Assembly: GCA_963715865.1 (NCBI GenBank) | Contig: OY970280.1 | Coordinates: 672,001 to 736,000, forward strand | Direction of reading: 5' to 3' | Length of the DNA stretch: 64,000 nt | From: Candidatus Bathyarchaeota archaeon | Lineage (GTDB): Archaea > Thermoproteota > Bathyarchaeia > Bathyarchaeales > Bathycorpusculaceae | Part shown: in pieces, positions 9,732 through 19,216 of the stretch | How positions within the stretch are numbered: position 1 is the first letter of the stretch | Layout of the letters: each line of letters begins with the position of its first letter | Notes under the pieces: model-generated | The model's input: the letters and a program-made list of their open reading frames with translations, nothing else | Told to the model about the DNA's origin: nothing | The model's database searches: none | Program-made: the position numbers and the translations under genes

Positions 9732-10520
9732 TTAGTTTACTTCATTATTATCTATCTTTCTTGCCATTTCAGCAATTATCTTACTGAACGGATGATCAGG
9801 TTTGTCCTGAACAAAAATCAAGTTGCCTTCAGCCCTCAAAATCTCACAAAAACAAGGCACAATCCCCAACATAGGCACCTGATAAACCGTTTTAACTTTA
9901 GCGCTCATTTCAGATTTCTTAGCCGTGGCAGATGAATCAAGCACTTTGTTTAGCACCAAACCCGTTTTCTTCTCAAACAAGTTGTACAACTCCTGCAGCA
10001 TGCGTTTTGTTCCATCTACATCTGACCTATCAGCTGTTGTTGCTACAACTACGAAGTCGGCAGCCACAATAGCATTTATCGAGGAATACTGTAATCCTGG
10101 GCTTGTGTCAAAGAACAAGTAATCAAACTTTTGGTCCCTGAGCAATGATTCTTTAAGAGCAAGAAGTCTACCTAAAGCACGCATTTCCCATTTTCTATCC
10201 TTCGATGACATGTCCCGGATTGCTTCAGTTGCAGGGTTTGCAAAGCTAACGAAAAACTTGCCGTTTCCAGGAATCCTACTGCTTAAATCAACAAGAACCT
10301 TATTGATGTCACAGGTATTGTTCAAGTAATCGTTAAACCAGAATTCAACATTTTCAGCTTTAAGAGTGGCGAACAAGCTTGGCGCTCGAAAATCAAGGTC
10401 GAAAACGCAAACTTTCTTACCGTTTTTAGCCAAGATAGCTGCTAAATTCACTGAAAGAAGCGTTTTTCCAGTACCGCCTTTATAGGAATGTACAGCGATT
10501 ATCTTACTCACAGTTTTCAC
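9732..10520 (-). CDS. MinD/ParA family ATPase
   Basis: Deviant Walker A HSYKGGTGKT, FDLDFRAPSL, FFDTSPG. Confidence 0.9.
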   Translation of the reverse strand: MKTVSKIIAVHSYKGGTGKTLLSVNLAAILAKNGKKVCVFDLDFRAPSLFATLKAENVEFWFNDYLNNTCDINKVLVDLSSRIPGNGKFFVSFANPATEAIRDMSSKDRKWEMRALGRLLALKESLLRDQKFDYLFFDTSPGLQYSSINAIVAADFVVVATTADRSDVDGTKRMLQELYNLFEKKTGLVLNKVLDSSATAKKSEMSAKVKTVYQVPMLGIVPCFCEILRAEGNLIFVQDKPDHPFSKIIAEMARKIDNNEVN

Positions 10521-10900
10521 CCTTGCGTTTCCCTGTCAACGTAAAAGTAGGCTTTTCTTCCCTTTCGCTCTTTCTTAAGGTAACCCATAATTACAAGCTG
10601 ATTAAGATATGCACTTTCCACCGCTCTGGCTCGCCTTGTTTGCTCAGCAATTTCTTCAGCCGTTGCTCTTCCACATCGACAAATCGCCATGGCTGTTTTC
10701 CGTAGATGATCCGGCATGGAAAGAAGCGTCATAACATCCAATGGCGCATCGGGCAATGTTGGAGCAGATCTTTGGTTGCCATTACCGTTCTTCTGAATTT
10801 CAATCATTACCTCCATTTTCTCGTTTAGCTTCTCGAGGTTTTCTTCAATTTTTTCAAGAATGCTTATCGGTTTTTTAGTTAATATTTCGTCTTTAATCAC
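10517..10900 (-). CDS. Coiled-coil plus winged-helix DNA-binding protein
   Basis: N-terminal heptad segment, C-terminal ATAEEIAEQTRRARAVESAYLNQLVIMGYLKKERKGRKAYF; 4-nt overlap with the ParA-like gene. Confidence 0.75.
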   Translation of the reverse strand: MIKDEILTKKPISILEKIEENLEKLNEKMEVMIEIQKNGNGNQRSAPTLPDAPLDVMTLLSMPDHLRKTAMAICRCGRATAEEIAEQTRRARAVESAYLNQLVIMGYLKKERKGRKAYFYVDRETQG

Positions 10901-11108
10901 GAGTTATCCCCGAGTTGTTTTGCATGGGTACAGTTGGTTAGTTTAAGTAATAAACTGTTTATTAAGTCTTGCGAAACTACAGTATTTATTTCAAACAACC
11001 GAAATTATAACATATCAACCTGTTTTAATAACAGAGTTTAGCGAGTAAAATGATTAATTTTAGAAATTAGTTTTGTCTAGAAATTTGATGTTGGGAAAAG
11101 TGGGGTTT

Positions 11109-11402
11109 TTAGTAGGGGATTAGCGCTTGGTTTCTTGCTTCCTCTACTATAGGTAAGACTTGTTTCAGTTCTCTGAAGTATTTTAGAACTGTTATGCCGC
11201 GTTGTGTAACGGCGTAAACTACACGTCGTTTTCCAACGGTGCGCTCTTCAACCAAGCCTTGTTTGATTAGGAAGTCAAGGTACTCTTTGAGAACGCTACA
11301 GTTAACGTTTGCTTTGTACATGACATGGGTTAGCTTCAGCGGTCCTCGATGTGCCAGAACCGTAATGATGTCAACATACATTTCTAGTTTTGAACGCCGC
11401 AC
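11109..11402 (-). CDS. Small winged helix-turn-helix protein, paralog of 1093-1398
   Basis: About 79/97 aa identical to 1093-1398; GTG start after GAGGAG. Confidence 0.85.
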   Translation of the reverse strand: MRRSKLEMYVDIITVLAHRGPLKLTHVMYKANVNCSVLKEYLDFLIKQGLVEERTVGKRRVVYAVTQRGITVLKYFRELKQVLPIVEEARNQALIPY

Positions 11403-11489
11403 TTTATACTCCTCTTTTTTTGTTTAATTCCATTTTTTATTATAAAACATTTATGTATTAGTACTCAGTATTTTTGTCCATGTTTGCAG

Positions 11490-11669
11490 CTAATTATCGG
11501 TTTTTTGGCTTGCACGGTTTAACACGTTTAATCTATTTTCGAATGCAGTAACCATGTCATCTAGCAATATTTCACGCAATTCGGTAGACAATCCGTTGAT
11601 TTTCTCTTGGAAAACGTTCGCTAACTTAGCTTCTAATTCTTTTCTGTCTTTATCTGCAAGTTGTTTCAT
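11490..11669 (-). CDS. 59-aa helical hypothetical protein (below ORF-track cutoff)
   Basis: MKQLADKDRKELEAKLANVFQEKINGLSTELREILLDDMVTAFENRLNVLNRASQKTDN, ATG preceded by GGAGA. Confidence 0.6.
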   Translation of the reverse strand: MKQLADKDRKELEAKLANVFQEKINGLSTELREILLDDMVTAFENRLNVLNRASQKTDN

Positions 11670-12140
11670 ACACTTTTCTCCAGACTCTAATACAACCCAA
11701 AATAGCTAAAGCTATTTAACTAACTTATGAAAGCAACCTATGAATCCGAAATAAATAGCTAAAAACAGAACTTTTCTTGTGCTCTGCGCTGTTTACACCC
11801 TCGAAATAAAGAATCGATAGTTACCTTGTTCATTGCCCCTTTATTTTTGGAGCATCTTGGTTTTCTTGATGAACCCAGTACACCTGAGTTTTCTCAAGTT
11901 AACCGAACTTTGGGCTATTAGTATGCCAATTTTAGGCTTAGGTTTTATTGCAAAATCTAACGAATAAGCGCAAAATAAATTGTCCTATACAATTAGTTGT
12001 AGCGCGTATATGTTTTGAAAAAAGTTGCTGTTGTTCTGCAATCACAAATCAATTTAAATCCCATTGACAATTCATCATGCGGCAAAGTTGTCATTGACCG
12101 TGACATAATTGATTGTTTTATTAGGAAGTAATTTTTTTTA

Positions 12141-12461
12141 ATGTTAAACTCTGTTAAGGAGAAATCTTGGAGTGTATTACTCATCAAAGGGCATGTTTTG
12201 AATAATCAGGTCAGGGCTGAACGCTGTGAAAACTGCAAGTCAACAAGTAAAGTTTTAACAACTAACTTTAGCAATCCTAACCTATTGCTGTACGGTTGCA
12301 AAGACAGTAAATGTAGACACAGGCTTTTGCGCTTGGATTTTAACGACGAGATAACCCCAAAACTGAGCAATTCTAGCGTTGACAAAAAAAAGCGTGGCTT
12401 AAAGCGAACTACTCGGCGCTTACGCGGCGAGCATCTAAAAGCAAAACCTATGAAGCATTAG
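12141..12461 (+). CDS. Hypothetical Cys-containing protein
   Basis: 106-aa ORF with CENC and CKDSKC; no family recognised. Confidence 0.3.
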   Translation: MLNSVKEKSWSVLLIKGHVLNNQVRAERCENCKSTSKVLTTNFSNPNLLLYGCKDSKCRHRLLRLDFNDEITPKLSNSSVDKKKRGLKRTTRRLRGEHLKAKPMKH

Positions 12462-12486
12462 AAGGCAGCTTGGTGTAGATTTTTTA

Positions 12487-12713
12487 GTCGCAACTAATCG
12501 CAGTGCAATAGTCGCAACTATTGAGCCTGTTGAATAGTCTATTGTAGTGATAGTGAAGCCCGACGCCAAAGTGATGACTATTGAGCCTGCTTTGGCGCAT
12601 TTATGATAAAGGCAGTTTTCCTAAGTGAATGGTTGGTGGAGATTAAAAGGCTAGTGACATATGTTCGGTCGCGTAAAAGTTTTGTTCAAACAATCCAGCC
12701 CGCAAAGACTTGA
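12487..12713 (+). repeat. Dispersed element copy 2 (blocks X then Y) with micro-ORFs
   Basis: Internal repeats AGTCGCAACTA x2 and ACTATTGAGCCTG x2; 36-aa ORF 12603-12713 overlapping the upstream stop as ATGA. Confidence 0.7.
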
Positions 12714-13005
12714 GCATAAAAAAGCGCGTTCATTCTGCCGCTAACGTGGCAGGTTTTCTGCTAGGTTTTTTACAAAAACAACTTGCAAGTTAACGTTCTT
12801 TCACTATAAAGTCCAATCAACATATTGGAAGAGACCAGATGCTTGAAAGTACCAGGCCCTTCTCAACTTTCCAATTCAACTAATGGACTAATGGTTCGCT
12901 CTTTGAATAGGGAGGCGCAATTTATTCGAGCAGCTAGCTCCAGAAGGTTTAATGTAAGCTTAAATCTCTACCCTTGAATAATCATTAACATGGAGAATCA
13001 GCTAA

Positions 13006-13809
13006 GTGTCCTACGTCTTTAACATACCCTACCGAAACAACATCAAACTCAAGCAGGCAATGGAAAAAATAAAAGAAGACAAGAAACTGCAAACCTACTG
13101 GAAATGCGCCAACGTTATGGCAATAGAACGCATGGGCTACACCGATCATGGTCCAACACACGTTAAAATCGTAGCCAACCTTGCGCTGAAGCTTCTACGC
13201 ATTCTTGTCGAGAAAAAACTCATCAAGCCCAGCATAGTGGAAAATTACGGTATGAAAAATGAAGACGCGGAAGTGGTTGTTGTTCTAGGCGCAATCTTTC
13301 ATGATTTAGGCATGATTGTACAAAGAAGCAACCATGAAGAGTACAGTGCATTCTTGGCTTTAGAATTCATCGAAAAATGTTTAACGCCAGCCTACAATGA
13401 AGAAGAAAAAGCAATAATCACCTCAGAAGTTCTACATGCCATCGTAGCCCACGAGCAACCATACAGCATTGAACCATCAAAAAAGATATTAACCAAAGAA
13501 GCAGGCATAGTCGGCATCGCTGACGCGTTGGACATGGAAGCGGGAAGAGCGCGAATTCCCTTCCAAGCAGGCAAAGTGGACATTCACGCTATTTCAGCAT
13601 TATCTATCGAAAAAGTAGAAGTAGAAGTAGCTGAGACAGGCAAACCCATCATCATAAAAATTAAAATGTCCAATTCAGCAGGCGTATTCCAAATAGACGA
13701 ACTACTAAAGCCGAGAATCGTCAACTCAGGACTTGAACAATTCTTCCATGTAATCGCCGAAATCACAGGCGAAAAAGAAAGAAAAATCATCGAAAAATTC
13801 GAAATCTAA
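13006..13809 (+). CDS. HD domain phosphohydrolase
   Basis: DHGPTH, IFHDLG, AHE, IADALD. Confidence 0.88.
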   Translation: MSYVFNIPYRNNIKLKQAMEKIKEDKKLQTYWKCANVMAIERMGYTDHGPTHVKIVANLALKLLRILVEKKLIKPSIVENYGMKNEDAEVVVVLGAIFHDLGMIVQRSNHEEYSAFLALEFIEKCLTPAYNEEEKAIITSEVLHAIVAHEQPYSIEPSKKILTKEAGIVGIADALDMEAGRARIPFQAGKVDIHAISALSIEKVEVEVAETGKPIIIKIKMSNSAGVFQIDELLKPRIVNSGLEQFFHVIAEITGEKERKIIEKFEI

Positions 13810-13835
13810 ATTAAAGTTTTGAGGCAACCAAACAA

Positions 13836-15560
13836 TTGATCCACGAATATGATGTTGTGGTTGTTGGCGGCGGAATTGCAGGATTATACACAGCACTAAC
13901 AGCGGCGGAACAATGCCGAGTCGCTGTCGTCAGCAAAGTGCATGTTACACGTTCCCACTCTGTTGCTGCGCAGGGTGGAATTGCGGCAAGCCTTGGAAAC
14001 GAGGAAGAAGACCATTGGGAATGGCACATGTACGACACCGTTAAAGGCAGCGATTACCTAGCAGACCAAGACGCAACAGAAATCCTAGCTAAAGAAGCGC
14101 CAAACGCTATAATCGCACTTGAGCACATGGGCGTACCATTCACCCGCAATGCACAAGGGAAAATTGAGCAACGCCGATTCGGAGGACACACAAGAAATTA
14201 CGGGGAAGCACCAGCTAAACGGGCATGTTACGTTTCTGACCGCACAGGCAGAGCAATAATGGATACACTCTACGACCGCTGCATAGCGAAAGGAGTAGAT
14301 ATGTACAATGAAGTTTTCATCTTGAAATTGTTGTTTTCAAGCAACCACTGCTGCGGCATAGCCGGCTATGATATTGCAACATGCGAGCCTCAAGTTTTTC
14401 ACGCAAAAGCAATCGTATTAGCTACGGGCGGATGCGGCAAAATCTACAAAACCACATCCAACGGGTTCGCTTCAACAGGCGACGGCTTCGCATTAGCCCT
14501 TGATTCGCTTATTCCTCTTGAGGACATGGAGTTTGTCCAGTTTCATCCTACTGGCATCTACGGGCTCGGAATTCTCATTAGTGAAGCTGCCCGTGGTGAA
14601 GGCGGCGTATTACACAATGGCCTCGGTGAACGATTTATGGAGCGTTATGCGCCTAATTTGAAGGATTTGGCTCCACGAGACATTATTTCAAGGGCAATAC
14701 TAACCGAGATAGAGGAAGGCAGAGGCGTGGAAGGCAAAGACTACGTTCACTTAGACCTCCGCGAAATAGGCAAAGAAAGATTGACGCAAAAATTGCCCGA
14801 AATCTCATCCTTCATAAAAACTTACTTAGGCATTGATCCAAGTGAAACGCCTGTCCCTGTGGCTCCCACATGCCACTACATGATGGGCGGAATACCCACT
14901 GACACTGAAGGACGCGTTTTGATTGATGAAACAGGCACAGTCCTGCCGGGGGTTTTCGCGGTTGGTGAATGCGCATGCGTCAGCGTTCATGGAGCAAACC
15001 GCTTAGGATGTAACTCGCTCATTGACCTGGTTGTTTTCGGATGTAGGACAGGCATCAACGTTGCAAAACATGCAAAGGAAAAAGATTTACCTCCGATTCC
15101 TCAACAAGCCGAAAGCATTGTAGTCGATAAAGTTAACAGTTTACTGAACTGTTCGGGAAACGAGCGCGTGCCAGTTTTGCGTGAGGCAATGCAGCGTTTG
15201 ATGACTGAGAAATGCAGCGTTTTCAGAAACGGTGACGGACTTGGTCAAGCGCTGGAGGAGATTCGCCAACTTGAAAAGCGATGCCTAAATGTTGGTTTAG
15301 CCAATAAGAGCAAAATATTCAATTATGAGCTAGAAGAAGCACTCGAGCTCGGAAACATGCTAAAAACCGCAGAAGCCATAGTTTTTTCAGCCCTCCAACG
15401 AAATGAAAGCCGCGGTGCCCATTACCGAAGCGATTACCCGGAAAGAAACGATGAAGAATGGCTAAAACACACCTTGGTCTATATGGCACCACAAGGGCTA
15501 AAGACCGCTTACAAACCCATATCGATCACACGGTTCCCACCTGAAAAACGGAGATACTAA
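13836..15560 (+). CDS. sdhA: Succinate dehydrogenase/fumarate reductase flavoprotein
   Basis: GGGIAG, RSHSVAAQGGI (FAD His), VQFHPTG, EAARGEGG, HYMMGG, HGANRLG, ESRGAH. Confidence 0.95.
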   Translation: MIHEYDVVVVGGGIAGLYTALTAAEQCRVAVVSKVHVTRSHSVAAQGGIAASLGNEEEDHWEWHMYDTVKGSDYLADQDATEILAKEAPNAIIALEHMGVPFTRNAQGKIEQRRFGGHTRNYGEAPAKRACYVSDRTGRAIMDTLYDRCIAKGVDMYNEVFILKLLFSSNHCCGIAGYDIATCEPQVFHAKAIVLATGGCGKIYKTTSNGFASTGDGFALALDSLIPLEDMEFVQFHPTGIYGLGILISEAARGEGGVLHNGLGERFMERYAPNLKDLAPRDIISRAILTEIEEGRGVEGKDYVHLDLREIGKERLTQKLPEISSFIKTYLGIDPSETPVPVAPTCHYMMGGIPTDTEGRVLIDETGTVLPGVFAVGECACVSVHGANRLGCNSLIDLVVFGCRTGINVAKHAKEKDLPPIPQQAESIVVDKVNSLLNCSGNERVPVLREAMQRLMTEKCSVFRNGDGLGQALEEIRQLEKRCLNVGLANKSKIFNYELEEALELGNMLKTAEAIVFSALQRNESRGAHYRSDYPERNDEEWLKHTLVYMAPQGLKTAYKPISITRFPPEKRRY

Positions 15561-15562
15561 AC

Positions 15563-16288
15563 ATGAAGGTAAAATTGAAAATTTACCGCTTCAACCCTGA
15601 AACCGACAAGGAACCGCATTACGACACGTTCACCGTTGAAGCAAACCCAAATGACCGAATCCTTGATTGCCTAAACAAAATACGATGGGAACAAGACAGC
15701 AGCTTAGCCTACAGGATGTCTTGCGCTCATGGAATCTGCGGTTCTGACGCGGTAACCATCAATGGGATGCCCGCTCTAGCCTGCCAAAAACTAATCAAAG
15801 ACTACGATTACACGCGGGAACTGCTGATTGAACCGTTAAAATATTTTCCCATAATAAAAGACTTAACCGTTGATATGACGCCTTTCTTCAAAAGAATAGA
15901 GGCAATAAACCCGAACATGCCTGAAAAACCGCTCAATGCTCCCATGGACAAGGAGCGTGTGCAAAGTATTGAAGAGCGAGGCAGAATCGATGATGCCATC
16001 AAATGTGTATTATGCGGTTGCTGTGTTGCTGCTTGCCCAGTTATTCTTGAGCAGGAACCAAAATTCATCGGTCCAGCCGCCATACTTCGAGCGCAAAAAT
16101 ACATTTTTGATTCTCGGACAACCGATAAAATTGAGCGCATGCAAGTTATGGAGAAACCTTATGGGATTTGGGGTTGCAAAAGCTACTACATGTGCACAAT
16201 GGTCTGTCCAAAGAACATTAAAGTCACTGAAGCAATACTAAAGACTAAGAAAAAAATAATTCAGGAACTTCACCCTAAAAGCGAGTAG
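15563..16288 (+). CDS. sdhB: Succinate dehydrogenase/fumarate reductase Fe-S subunit
   Basis: SCAHGICGSD...LAC, CVLCGCCVAACP, CKSYYMCTMVCP. Confidence 0.95.
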   Translation: MKVKLKIYRFNPETDKEPHYDTFTVEANPNDRILDCLNKIRWEQDSSLAYRMSCAHGICGSDAVTINGMPALACQKLIKDYDYTRELLIEPLKYFPIIKDLTVDMTPFFKRIEAINPNMPEKPLNAPMDKERVQSIEERGRIDDAIKCVLCGCCVAACPVILEQEPKFIGPAAILRAQKYIFDSRTTDKIERMQVMEKPYGIWGCKSYYMCTMVCPKNIKVTEAILKTKKKIIQELHPKSE

Positions 16289-16301
16289 GAGACCAATTTA
16301 A

Positions 16302-17687
16302 ATGGAAACAAGAAAAGAAATCGATCCGTTAGGAAAGAGATTAATTCCGAAAGATGCTTATTATGGCATTCAAACGTTGAGGGCAACAGAGAATTTTCTC
16401 GTAAGCGGAATCAAAGCGCCCTTGCCGTTCATCAGGGCTTATGTTCTCATAAAAAAATCAGCAGCCATCGCAAACGCCCAAGTAGGCTGGCTTGAAGAGA
16501 AAACTGCTAAAGCAATCATCCAAGCATGCGACGAAGTATTAGCTGGCAAACTTCTGGACCAGTTCATGGTTGACGTTTTCCAGGCTGGCGCAGGCACTTC
16601 CTTTAACATGAATGTTAACGAGGCTTTAGCTAACAGAGCACTGGAAATTTTGGGCAAAGCGAAAGGCAACTACAAAACTGTGAACCCGAACGACCACGTA
16701 AACATGGGGCAATCCACCAATGACACGTTTCCCACGGCACTTCACGTTTCAGTTCTCATGGCTTTGCAGCCATTGCTTTCTGCGCTGGATGAACTAGCAG
16801 ACGCCTTTAACAAGTTAGGCAAAAAATACGCTAATGTATTGAAGTCAGGCAGAACTCACTTGCAAGATGCTGTGCCAGTAACTATTGGGCAAGAGTTTAA
16901 CGCTTATGGTTCAGCAATCGCTAACGCTTGCGCTGAGCTTAGGAAAAGGCAGGAAAGCCTGTATTCTGTAGCTTTAGGCGGCACAGCAACGGGAACAGGA
17001 GCCAACACTCACCCAGAATACAAACGGATTGCAATAGCAGAGTTAGCAAAGATGACTGGTTTTCCCTTAAAGCCTGCATCAAACAATTTCGAAGCGCTCC
17101 AAAGCCACAGAGCAGCGCAAACGGTTTCAAGCGGTCTTAAAGAGTTAGCCTTGGAGCTTATCAGGATAGCAAATGACCTGCGCCTTCTCGCATCTGGTCC
17201 CACGACTGGATTAAATGAGATTACGCTTCCGCCTGTGCAGCCTGGCTCGTCCATTATGCCTGGAAAAGTCAATCCGGTCATGGCTGAATGCTTAGACATG
17301 GTAGCTTTCCAAGTGGTTGGGAACGATTTGGCGGTTTCCTTAGCAGTTCAGGCAGGTCAGTTGGAACTCAATGTCATGACGCCAGTCATCATGTATAACA
17401 TGCTCTTTTCCATTCAAATCTTAAACAACTACATTCCAGTATTCACAAAGAAATGCGTTCAAGGAATAACCGTCAACGAAAAACAATGCAGCCAATACTT
17501 GGAAAAGAATCCCTCCTTAGCCACACTCCTATCACCATACATCGGCTACTTGGAAGCAGCTAAAATCGCCAAACAGGCCCAAGCAGAAAACCGTTCAGTA
17601 AAAGAGATTGCCTTGGAAAAGAAATTGCTTAAGCCAGAGGAAATAGAAAAAATATTCAGCCGCAAACGATTGCTTAACGAACAATAA
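16302..17687 (+). CDS. aspA: Aspartate ammonia-lyase (class II fumarase/aspartase family)
   Basis: GSSIMPGKVNP, QSTNDTFPT, GQLELNVM; aspartase-like, but FumC not excluded. Confidence 0.78.
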   Translation: METRKEIDPLGKRLIPKDAYYGIQTLRATENFLVSGIKAPLPFIRAYVLIKKSAAIANAQVGWLEEKTAKAIIQACDEVLAGKLLDQFMVDVFQAGAGTSFNMNVNEALANRALEILGKAKGNYKTVNPNDHVNMGQSTNDTFPTALHVSVLMALQPLLSALDELADAFNKLGKKYANVLKSGRTHLQDAVPVTIGQEFNAYGSAIANACAELRKRQESLYSVALGGTATGTGANTHPEYKRIAIAELAKMTGFPLKPASNNFEALQSHRAAQTVSSGLKELALELIRIANDLRLLASGPTTGLNEITLPPVQPGSSIMPGKVNPVMAECLDMVAFQVVGNDLAVSLAVQAGQLELNVMTPVIMYNMLFSIQILNNYIPVFTKKCVQGITVNEKQCSQYLEKNPSLATLLSPYIGYLEAAKIAKQAQAENRSVKEIALEKKLLKPEEIEKIFSRKRLLNEQ

Positions 17688-17688
17688 T

Positions 17689-19032
17689 TTATCCTGCTGT
17701 GCCATAACCGCTAACTGTAACAACTGCGTTTGTAGAGCTAGAGCTTGATTTAGCATCAACTAAAACAGCCCAAATTACGCTCTGTGAAGGATACAGCTGC
17801 ATCATTTCGTCATCAGTCAACCATACTGCCCCGCTACTGGTAAAGGTTTTAACAACGCTGTTTGAAATTACATTGTCTGCAAATTCCAAGCGAATCCTAA
17901 CAGTAACAGTCTCGTTATTTGTGAAGCTGCCGGCAACTTGAATTTTAGGTTTGAAATTGAAAATTTTAAGCGGAAGCGTTTGGATACTCACGTTAGCGCC
18001 ATACTGGTTGTTTAAGCCTACAGGAACATTGACGTTTTCTCGCTCAAAAGCGCTGCCGACTCCAGAAATCCACACGCTATAGGGGTTGTGAATTCTAGCT
18101 GTCCAATTGCCTAGAAAGCTGACGCCGCCGTCCAATATCGGCGCTGGATTAGCAGTTTGTCCAATGTCCATTGCAAACATGTTGTTGGGTTGGTCAGTGA
18201 AGGATTCGAACACTACACCAAAGAGCAAAGTCTGGTACATTGAACCGTCAACTAAAAGTCCTGTTTGATTAGTTTTCCCATCTTCACCCATCCACATTCT
18301 TACATCTTGCAATTGGCTATCTGAAAACTCAGCCAATGGTTCAACGTTGATGCCGACGGAATTGTCCCTAATGTTGAAGAAGCAACGGTTGATTTCTGAG
18401 CTATCGTAAGAACCTGTAGCATTGCCAACAGGTGTTCGGAAAGCTATGCCTTCAGTTGCATTAATAAAATGGCAATCTTCGATTTTTGTGTTTTCGCTCC
18501 AAGATTTAGTATTTGCCAGCTCGATGGCGGTTGATGTGTTTTCGAAGATTATGTTGGATATGGTTGTTCCAAACGAGTTTTCAATTCTAATTGTTGCATT
18601 TATTATTGTTAAGCCTGAAATGGTTGCGTATTGTGAAGTGGTGAAGTTGTCGCCGCTTATGATTATTTTTTTACCGTTGCCAATTATGGTTGCGCCATCG
18701 CTGACGATTTTAGCGTTCATTTTATTGGAAACCAAAATGTCTTCATCTAAAGTGTAGGTTCCAGGGTTAAGGTAGACCGATTTTCCCTGAGCTAAGGCCG
18801 CATTAATAGTGGAAGACGCACCTTCGGATATGGTCTTTGTACTTGTTGTATAACCAGTTAACATGTTTTTCAACTGATAGTAACCGCCAACTTGAGAAAC
18901 AACAAAATCATAACTGACAGCGCTTGTATCAACTGGACCGCTGGTTCGTTCAAAAATCAGGTAAGTATTAAATGCGGAAAAAGCAAGCAAAGCTACAAGG
19001 AAAAGAACGATAACGCGGTTAGAGATAGTTAT
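17689..19032 (-). CDS. Membrane-anchored right-handed beta-helix (pectin lyase-like) protein
   Basis: INAALAQGKSVYLNPGTY and Asn/Ile-rich repeats; frame extends upstream of the TTG at 18990 to complete the hydrophobic anchor. Confidence 0.7.
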   Translation of the reverse strand: MTISNRVIVLFLVALLAFSAFNTYLIFERTSGPVDTSAVSYDFVVSQVGGYYQLKNMLTGYTTSTKTISEGASSTINAALAQGKSVYLNPGTYTLDEDILVSNKMNAKIVSDGATIIGNGKKIIISGDNFTTSQYATISGLTIINATIRIENSFGTTISNIIFENTSTAIELANTKSWSENTKIEDCHFINATEGIAFRTPVGNATGSYDSSEINRCFFNIRDNSVGINVEPLAEFSDSQLQDVRMWMGEDGKTNQTGLLVDGSMYQTLLFGVVFESFTDQPNNMFAMDIGQTANPAPILDGGVSFLGNWTARIHNPYSVWISGVGSAFERENVNVPVGLNNQYGANVSIQTLPLKIFNFKPKIQVAGSFTNNETVTVRIRLEFADNVISNSVVKTFTSSGAVWLTDDEMMQLYPSQSVIWAVLVDAKSSSSSTNAVVTVSGYGTAG

Positions 19033-19216
19033 TTAAGTTAGCTTTCATCTTGAAGAGCTCGGGCAATTTTGAAGTACATGTAAAGAACCATTGTTAATTA
19101 AATTTTATGATAATACGCCCCTTATGAGCAAGCATGCAGCCAAAAGAAAATGGTTGCCTATAGACTACCATAAACGTATTAATTATATCCATTCTCTAGT
19201 TCAATTTGGTGCCCAA

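Noticed and set aside
12720-12910. Possible decayed gene upstream of the HD protein
   Set aside because: Multiple stops in the frames I read and no recognisable motif
13836-16288. Thiol:fumarate reductase TfrAB assignment
   Set aside because: The Fe-S subunit lacks CCG domains and is only 241 aa
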